The position numbers were made by a program, and so were the translations under genes. Below, one piece after another: positions 17,465 through 23,421 of a DNA stretch of 23,421 nucleotides. Below the pieces are notes generated by a model. The model searched no databases. It was not told where the DNA came from and saw only the letters and a list, made by a program, of their open reading frames with translations. The stretch spans positions 1-23,421 of the forward strand of contig JAUSFL010000030.1 of assembly GCA_030649735.1 (NCBI GenBank). The letters are read 5' to 3'. The first letter of the stretch is position 1; each line of letters starts with the position of its first letter. Source of the DNA: Candidatus Iainarchaeum sp. (GTDB taxonomy: Archaea; Iainarchaeota; Iainarchaeia; Iainarchaeales; UBA10191).

Positions 17465-17944
17465 ATGGCTCACAAAATAACTCCTTCAAGGAGAAAGTTC
17501 GGGATTGCAAAACGTGCAGCCCAAGAACTGCTGAATATTTATGGAAATGATTTGAAAGCAGTTTATGTGGCTGGAAGCGTTGCATCAAACATGGCAGTCC
17601 CAGGGTCTGACATTGACATGGCGTTAATTCTTGAAAAGAACGGCCCTAACGTGGAGAAATGCCATGAACTAAGAATATTCCTTTTTGAAAAGCTCGGCCA
17701 AATATTCCACATTTCTGCATGGTCCCCTGAAAGCTTTAAAAATGGCATAAAAAGAGGCGATGTCAAAGGAATTATCCCGCTCTTTGAAAGAGAGAACTAT
17801 TTGAGCAGTATTGCAAGAGCCCACGGCCTGTTTCCAAAACGCGAGGAAATTATTGACAGATACGGCAATGCAAAAAAAGACATTAGTAAAAGAATGCCTT
17901 TCAAGCGCTCAACAACCGGAAGGAAAAGGTTTTTGCCCCGCTGA
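17465..17944 (+). CDS. Minimal nucleotidyltransferase (Pol-beta superfamily) domain protein
   Basis: VYVAGSVA......SDIDMALI signature; basic N- and C-terminal extensions. Confidence 0.75.
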   Translation: MAHKITPSRRKFGIAKRAAQELLNIYGNDLKAVYVAGSVASNMAVPGSDIDMALILEKNGPNVEKCHELRIFLFEKLGQIFHISAWSPESFKNGIKRGDVKGIIPLFERENYLSSIARAHGLFPKREEIIDRYGNAKKDISKRMPFKRSTTGRKRFLPR

Positions 17945-17990
17945 TTTGTTTTAAACACTTTCATTCAAGAATTACAATAAAGTGGTCTAA

Positions 17991-19184
17991 TTGCAGATTG
18001 GAATAGTAGGCAAACCTAGCAGCGGGAAAAGCACTTTTTTCTCGGCAGCAACGCTTGTGGATGTTGCAATAGCAAATTACCCATTCACTACAATAGAGCC
18101 AAACAAAGGCATGGGTTTTGTCCGAGTTGAATGCATTGACAAGGAATTCAACGTGCAATGCAACCCACGGACTGGCTTTTGCGAGAAGGGAATTCGCTTT
18201 GTGCCTGTGGAATTGATTGATGTTGCCGGCCTAGTGCCTGGAGCAAGCGAAGGAAGAGGCAGGGGCAATCAATTCTTGAGTGATTTGGCGCAGGCCGATG
18301 TTTTAATCCACGTGGTTGATGCTTCAGGCAGCACTAATTCTGAGGGAGAATTGGTTGCTTTAGGAAGCCATGATCCTTCAAAAGACATTGGGTTCTTGGA
18401 GGAAGAGATTGACGCATGGTTTTTTGGGATTTTAGAGAAGAATTGGAAAAAATTCTACAAAACCCCGGCAGAATCAAAATTAAAGCTTTTGGAGCTAATG
18501 AGCCAGAATCTTTCAGGCATTGGAGCAAGCCCAAAAAGCATTGAAACAGCGCTCGCCAAGAATGAGTTGACTGAAAAGAAGCTGGAGCTTTGGAGCGATG
18601 ACGAAAAAAAGAGTTTTGCAAGGCAATTGCGCATTGCTTCAAAGCCAATGGTAATTGCGGCAAACAAGGCAGACTTGCAGGGCTCGGACAAGAACATTGA
18701 ACGAATGAAGGGGCAATTTCCGCACTTGCTGATACTGCCTTGCTCTGGAATCAGCGAATTGACTTTAAAGAAGGCGGCAAAGGACAAGAAAATCAAGTAC
18801 TTGCCTGGCGAAAAAACATTTGAGGTTTTGGCAGGGCTTGATGAAAAGCAAAAGAAAGGACTGGAGTACATTCAAAAAAACGTTCTTGAAAAGTTCGGGA
18901 ACACAGGCATTCAGGAAATCCTGGACAGGGCAGTCTTTGAATTTTTGGGAATGGTCGCGATTTTTCCGGCCGGGACAAAGAAGCTCAGCGATCAATACGG
19001 CAATGTCTTGCCAGACTGTTACTTAATGCCTAAAGGCAGCACTGTATTGGATTTTGCGTTCAAGCTGCACACTGATTTTGGAAACAATTTCATCAAGGCA
19101 GTCAATGTGAAAACAAAGCAATTGATTGGAAAAGAGCACTTGCTTCAAAACCGCGACGCGATTGAAATAATCCACAAGGGATAA
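17991..19184 (+). CDS. ychF: Obg-family ATPase/GTPase YchF, archaeal type, with TGS domain
   Basis: TTG start; GKPSSGKST, YPFTT, DVAGLVPGA..GRG.GNQFL, NKAD, C-terminal TGS (FAFKLHTD). Confidence 0.92.
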   Translation: MQIGIVGKPSSGKSTFFSAATLVDVAIANYPFTTIEPNKGMGFVRVECIDKEFNVQCNPRTGFCEKGIRFVPVELIDVAGLVPGASEGRGRGNQFLSDLAQADVLIHVVDASGSTNSEGELVALGSHDPSKDIGFLEEEIDAWFFGILEKNWKKFYKTPAESKLKLLELMSQNLSGIGASPKSIETALAKNELTEKKLELWSDDEKKSFARQLRIASKPMVIAANKADLQGSDKNIERMKGQFPHLLILPCSGISELTLKKAAKDKKIKYLPGEKTFEVLAGLDEKQKKGLEYIQKNVLEKFGNTGIQEILDRAVFEFLGMVAIFPAGTKKLSDQYGNVLPDCYLMPKGSTVLDFAFKLHTDFGNNFIKAVNVKTKQLIGKEHLLQNRDAIEIIHKG

Positions 19185-19213
19185 AATAAAAAAAGAACAA
19201 GCAATCTTTTTCA

Positions 19214-19978
19214 TTACTTGTCTTGCACTATGACTGGCTGGCTTTGGACAACAACAGTTGTTGTCGTTTCTGTTTTTTTGCCTTTGAGCTTTGTCAACGC
19301 ATGATAGTAAGCGTTGATTACGTCGTCAAGCTCTAATTGCCTTTTGAAGCCCATTCTTGCGATTTCCTCAAAGTACAGGCTGACAAGCCTTACTGCCAGC
19401 TCTTCGTCAGATAATGCCATTTTTTCAACCTCGCTTTTTTTCATCTGTGAAATGATTGTTTCAAAAACCTGGGTTTCCGAAAGCCTTGAAGAAGCGCTTG
19501 CTGAAGGAACCCGGATTGTCCTGACAACAGTCCTTACAGGCCCTTTCCTTACAATGGTCCTTGTCCTTGTGATTATTTTTGGCTTTGCCCTAATTATTCT
19601 GGTCCGTGTAATGACCTTTGGTTTTGCAGCAATCCTTCTGACAACGGTTTTTCTAACGACTCTTGTTTTCACCAAAGGATTGCCTTTCTTGTAGGATTTC
19701 CACAATTGGACAGCGCGCGCAAAGGTTTTTCCGTCATTCAACTGCCTTCTCATAAATAGATTATACTCGCTTAATTGCTTTTTTGGGGTTTTTTTCTTGG
19801 CGAGCTTTTCAACATCAGCCTTTAGCTTGTCCATTTCGCTGTTCAATGCGGCAGTCTTTGAAGTCACTCTTTTCGAGACTTTCGCGGTTGCTTTCTTTTC
19901 CGCGGCAAGGCCCTTGCGCAATGTCTTTATGTCTTTCTTGATTTTTTTGTTAGGAACTTTTGCAGTTTCATCAGCCAT
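19214..19978 (-). CDS. Basic protein with coiled coil, HMG/YABBY-like motif and R/T/V/I-rich repeats; putative nucleic-acid-binding protein
   Basis: PKKQLSEYNLFM...F..A..LWK; AKPK(V/I)ITRTR repeated twice; helical C-terminal domain; ATG 19978 or 19984. Confidence 0.7.
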   Translation of the reverse strand: MADETAKVPNKKIKKDIKTLRKGLAAEKKATAKVSKRVTSKTAALNSEMDKLKADVEKLAKKKTPKKQLSEYNLFMRRQLNDGKTFARAVQLWKSYKKGNPLVKTRVVRKTVVRRIAAKPKVITRTRIIRAKPKIITRTRTIVRKGPVRTVVRTIRVPSASASSRLSETQVFETIISQMKKSEVEKMALSDEELAVRLVSLYFEEIARMGFKRQLELDDVINAYYHALTKLKGKKTETTTTVVVQSQPVIVQDK

Positions 19979-20041
19979 AAACAAAAAACCCCCAATATTA
20001 ACTAATTAACGTGAATAGTATTTAAAGGGTGTTGTTTTTGC

Positions 20042-20602
20042 TTAAAAACCCCTATTTGATGCTGTTTCGCTGGTTTTCTTGAAAGTGGCTTGAATTAGCG
20101 GGCAAATATTGTTTTCGAAAAGATTCAATTCCAGCCGCAAATGCGGAGTAATTTTCAGTTGCTTTGCCTCTGAAGGCTCAAAGAACTGGATTTTTTCAGC
20201 CTCGTTGCATTCGAAAGGCCCGTCATGCAGGCAAGCAAAAAAGTAATTAATGCAGCAATCATCGGCAGTGTCAATTATGAACCGCTCAATAAAATGTAAT
20301 CCAGCACTTACTCCGAGCTCTTCCTTCAACTCCCTTTCCGCAGCCTCAAGCTCGCTTTCCCCAACCCCAACAAAACCAGCTGCTGAAGAATTCCAATAGC
20401 TTGGAAAAAATCGCTTGTCATTCTTTCTGAATTCCAAAAGGACTTTCCCTTCATAATTGAAAACCAGCACGTGAACGCATTTTTTCAAAAGATTTTTTTC
20501 AAAGGCCTCACGGTAATTGCAGGTCCGCAGGACTTTTCCTTCAAAGTCGACGATTTCAATCAAGTCTTCTTTCGACTCTGCAGAAGATTTAGGCAAAGGC
20601 AT
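20042..20602 (-). CDS. Nudix hydrolase (IDI-1/YfcD-like)
   Basis: Nudix box GFVGVGESELEAAERELKEELG; HVLVFN.EG.VLL..R...K..FP..W. Confidence 0.85.
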   Translation of the reverse strand: MPLPKSSAESKEDLIEIVDFEGKVLRTCNYREAFEKNLLKKCVHVLVFNYEGKVLLEFRKNDKRFFPSYWNSSAAGFVGVGESELEAAERELKEELGVSAGLHFIERFIIDTADDCCINYFFACLHDGPFECNEAEKIQFFEPSEAKQLKITPHLRLELNLFENNICPLIQATFKKTSETASNRGF

Positions 20603-20669
20603 TTTTAGGTTCAACTCTCTTGCTGAAAATTTAGGGTTAAAGTGGTATTAATTACTTGCGCGAAGAGTT

Positions 20670-21782
20670 TCAAAGCTTCAGGCTTTCTTTTTTCACGCCA
20701 AGCCTGAAAATCCTTGTCTTTCCCTTGCCTTTGGTTGCCTGCTGCGCTGAAATTACCTTGTTTTTTTCCAATAAGGAGACAATTTCCCTGAATCTCCTGT
20801 CTGAAACCTTGCTTCCTGTTTTTGAAAACTGCAGGAACAATTCTCCAGAGTCAATTCCCCCGGGGTTTTTGGAAATTATTTTCAGCAATGATTTTTCGTC
20901 TTCAGAAAGAGTCGAAAGCTTTTTCCTGCCTGTTGAAAGCTCAATGGTTTCAAATGCCTTTTTCAAATGGGCAAGCGAGACTTTTGCGGAATTTTCCCTT
21001 TCGGCAATTCTTCCAGCATTAAGCAATGATTCGATTGCAATTCTTGCGTCCCCGCCAAGCTTTGAGGCATGCGCTGAAGCCACGTTAATGACTTCTTTTT
21101 CCAAAGTGCCTTCCCTAAAGGCAAATTCTGCCCTTTGCTTTAATATTTCCTTCAACTGCACTGGAGAATACTGGTCGAATTTCAGGCTTACAGCCTGCAA
21201 GCTGCTTTTCACTCTTGCATCAAGCATTGCCAAAAGATCCTGATTGTTTGAAATCAAAATTACTGGAATTGTCTTCAAGCCTTGCTCTGGCGCCCTCAAC
21301 AAATCATAAAGCAAGTCTTCGCCGCCATTGTTCAACAACTGGTCAAACTCGTCCAGTACAACAATCGGCAAAAAACCGCAGTTCTTCAAAGACTGCAATA
21401 CTTCAGCATGAACTTCAGCAGTTGACAAGCCGCGCTCTGGAACTGCGTTTCCCAAAAAGTTCGCTAATTCCACAAGCACAGAGTGGCGGGAGTTTTTCTC
21501 AAAGCAGTTCAAAACCAGGGCCTTTGGCCTGTCGCTGTATTCTTGAAGCTCTTTCAAGACATACTTTACAGTCGCTGTCTTTCCAGTGCCAGTGTTTCCA
21601 AAAACAAAGACATTCCTTGCCTTTCGGCCTTCAGTCAATGGCTTGAACGCAAAAACCAGCTCGTCAATCTGGACATCGCGGAAAGGAAGCCTTTCTGGAA
21701 TGAATTCTGGATAGAGAACGCGCTCGTTCTTGAACAGCTCATTCACTTTCACGCCTTGCTTTGCAAAAAGATTGTCCTTCAT
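20670..21782 (-). CDS. cdc6: Cdc6/Orc1 replication initiator family AAA+ ATPase
   Basis: P..LPFR, Walker A GNTGTGKT, Walker B VVLDEFD, LDARVKS, GDAR, C-terminal winged helix. Confidence 0.92.
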   Translation of the reverse strand: MKDNLFAKQGVKVNELFKNERVLYPEFIPERLPFRDVQIDELVFAFKPLTEGRKARNVFVFGNTGTGKTATVKYVLKELQEYSDRPKALVLNCFEKNSRHSVLVELANFLGNAVPERGLSTAEVHAEVLQSLKNCGFLPIVVLDEFDQLLNNGGEDLLYDLLRAPEQGLKTIPVILISNNQDLLAMLDARVKSSLQAVSLKFDQYSPVQLKEILKQRAEFAFREGTLEKEVINVASAHASKLGGDARIAIESLLNAGRIAERENSAKVSLAHLKKAFETIELSTGRKKLSTLSEDEKSLLKIISKNPGGIDSGELFLQFSKTGSKVSDRRFREIVSLLEKNKVISAQQATKGKGKTRIFRLGVKKESLKL

Positions 21783-21916
21783 TAAAAAGCCAAAAGAATT
21801 GAAGCAAAAACTTGTTTAAAAAATAACGCTTTTGGGAAAACCCAAACTATAAATTCGACCGGCATTCTGGCTTAAACTGTTTTTAAAAAGAATCAAGCAG
21901 TTATTACTCTGGTTTT

Positions 21917-22996
21917 ATGAACTTTCAAGAGTCCTTGAAGAATGCGGCTTTTAGCATTCAACAGGCTGAAAAGAAAAAGGCAATTGTTGTTGAAGGCCTG
22001 AAAAAGCTGAAAGCGAAAGAACTGCCCGAAAGCAGGGAATTTTTCGAAAAGACATTTGTGAAAAAAATCCAGCCTGTAGAATTGAATTGCAGGATTGCCG
22101 GAGTTGATTCTGGCTTTGTGGGCCAGGAGCTTTTTTCCACTGACTTGCTTTTGATACGGGCTGTTTCTGCAGTTTTTGACTACAAGAATGGAAAGCTGGA
22201 GAAAGCGCAGTATTTGCCTCAAGGATTTTCTTTTCCAGAGCCTTTCTTCAGCACTAATGCCTTGGAGCGTGATGAATTCAACGCAAACACTTCAATCCAA
22301 AGGCTCATTAAGGAAGTCCAGACTGCAATTGACGTCATTGAAAAATTCTCCCCGCAATACTGCTTCATGGACGGCTCTCTATTGCCTCAGCATGCCGACA
22401 AGCCGCGCGCAAATTCCAAAATCAAGAAGAACTTCGACATTATGATCTCTAAAGTCCAAGAGCTTTACGCTGTCGCTTCAGAAAATAACTGCGAGCTGAT
22501 TGGCTGCGTTGAAGACAGCCGCGGCAATCGCTGGGCGGGAATTTTGGACAAAGAATTGGAAGTTGAAGGAATGGACGAATACCATGATGCTGTCTTGCTT
22601 AATGACTTGCTTGAAAGGCAGGAAAGAAGCTTTATTTTCTCTTACACGAAAAACGCATTAGAGCACCCGATTTTAAATGACTTCCAGAAAGAATGGCAAA
22701 ACGCGATTTTTGCATTTTATCTGAAGCCAACACAGTATGATTTTCCGCTCAGAGTTGAATTCTTGAATCCTAATGGCGGAAACCCCGCTGAAAAGGCAGA
22801 AAAAATTGCTGGGCTGGTTTTGGCGCAAAGCTCAATGCACAAGGAATACGCTTTTCCTGCAGTGCTGATTGAAGCAGACTTGCGTGCAGGCCTGAAGCCT
22901 GAAGAAATAAATTTAGTTAAAGACAAGATAATAGACAAGATTGGCAAAAACGCTTTCATTTTACGGAGACGAGACAGGAGGCCTTTTGCAAAATGA
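21917..22996 (+). CDS. nurA: DNA double-strand-break repair nuclease NurA
   Basis: IAGVDSG, FMDGSL, C-terminal YAFPAVLIEAD..A motifs. Confidence 0.85.
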   Translation: MNFQESLKNAAFSIQQAEKKKAIVVEGLKKLKAKELPESREFFEKTFVKKIQPVELNCRIAGVDSGFVGQELFSTDLLLIRAVSAVFDYKNGKLEKAQYLPQGFSFPEPFFSTNALERDEFNANTSIQRLIKEVQTAIDVIEKFSPQYCFMDGSLLPQHADKPRANSKIKKNFDIMISKVQELYAVASENNCELIGCVEDSRGNRWAGILDKELEVEGMDEYHDAVLLNDLLERQERSFIFSYTKNALEHPILNDFQKEWQNAIFAFYLKPTQYDFPLRVEFLNPNGGNPAEKAEKIAGLVLAQSSMHKEYAFPAVLIEADLRAGLKPEEINLVKDKIIDKIGKNAFILRRRDRRPFAK

Positions 22997-23148
22997 AAAA
23001 GCAGGAGTCTGAAGATTTTGAAAAATTCTGCCCAAACTGCAGCTCAACAGACCTCGAGCTTTACCAAGGCGGAATAATGGGCAGAATGTTCAAGTGCAAG
23101 AAATGCGGCTACATTGGCCCAGTAATGGAAAAGAAAGTTTTAAAGTAA
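22993..23148 (+). CDS. 51-aa zinc-ribbon protein (not in the ORF track)
   Basis: Hand translation MKKQESEDFEKFCPNCSSTDLELYQGGIMGRMFKCKKCGYIGPVMEKKVLK; two CxxC motifs; ATGA overlap with the nurA stop. Confidence 0.8.
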   Translation: MKKQESEDFEKFCPNCSSTDLELYQGGIMGRMFKCKKCGYIGPVMEKKVLK

Positions 23149-23163
23149 AAAGGAGTTGAAAAA

Positions 23164-23421
23164 ATGATTGTTGAAAAAAAATGCTGGCCTGAAGGATTCG
23201 AACTGCTTAAAAAAGGAGAAAAAAAGTACGAGCTAAGGCTTAATGATTTCAAAATAGGCCCTGGCGACACTTTGCTTTTGAAAGAATTCAATCCAAAAAC
23301 CAAAGAATACACAGGAAGAAAAATCGAGAAAAAAGTTTTGAAAGTAGACGTGCATGACAGGCTTTTCCAAATGTATTCTGAAAAAGAACTTAAGGAGAAA
23401 GGAATTCAATATATTGAATTA
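23164..23421 (+). CDS. ASCH/PUA-like (DUF3850) protein, runs off the window end
   Basis: Hand translation MIVEKKCWPEGFELLKKGEKKYELRLNDFKIGPGDTLLLKEFNPKTKEYTGR...; GxKxxExR motif; AGGAG upstream. Confidence 0.8.
   Translation, partial: MIVEKKCWPEGFELLKKGEKKYELRLNDFKIGPGDTLLLKEFNPKTKEYTGRKIEKKVLKVDVHDRLFQMYSEKELKEKGIQYIEL

Noticed and set aside
20042-20602. Type 1 isopentenyl-diphosphate isomerase (idi)
   Set aside because: Lacks the catalytic Cys/His motif (reads NSSAAGFV) and has a full Nudix box; left as a generic Nudix hydrolase
20615-21916. Replication origin with ORB elements beside cdc6
   Set aside because: The flanking gaps are short and I found no TCCA..GAAA/G-string ORB or repeated mini-ORB; a divergent origin cannot be excluded
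1-23421. Genome-wide UGA=Gly (code 25) or UGA=Trp (code 4) reassignment
   Set aside because: TGA ends many genes at their expected C-termini (pheT, rfcL after its PIP box, cdc6, nurA), no other conserved gene has an internal TGA, and Gly and Trp use normal codons
1-23421. tRNA, rRNA, CRISPR array, IS element or integrase
   Set aside because: Intergenic gaps are all short and AT-rich; no cloverleaf, spaced repeats, terminal inverted repeats or transposase motifs were seen by eye

Overview
A gene-dense archaeal chromosomal segment. The archaeal-type PheS/PheT, RfcL, Cdc6/Orc1, NurA, Nob1, Taw2/Taw3 and YchF, the TATA-box promoters and the very short intergenic gaps point to Archaea. A DPANN lineage (Iainarchaeota/Diapherotrites-like) is inferred, not shown. 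From left to right: two membrane-anchored cohesin-domain surface proteins (one a 1038-aa Cys-rich mosaic), a metallo-beta-lactamase-fold hydrolase, two convergent ECF S-component paralogues, nob1, taw2-taw3, a LysA/ODC-fold PLP enzyme, pheS-[three basic orphans]-pheT, rfcL, a solo nucleotidyltransferase, ychF, a basic protein with an HMG/YABBY-like motif, a Nudix hydrolase, cdc6, nurA, a 51-aa Zn-ribbon ORF and a truncated ASCH/DUF3850 gene. Most notable: (1) the essential pheS carries one in-frame TGA at the Gly of GKKQPY, although TGA is an ordinary stop elsewhere; (2) a tRNA-Phe-centred neighbourhood in which taw2 and taw3 are also in frame across a TGA in a similar context; (3) Lys/Arg-rich orphans starting MPK, including a paralogous pair inside the pheST operon; (4) a candidate chromatin protein. 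No tRNA, rRNA, CRISPR array or mobile element was recognised.
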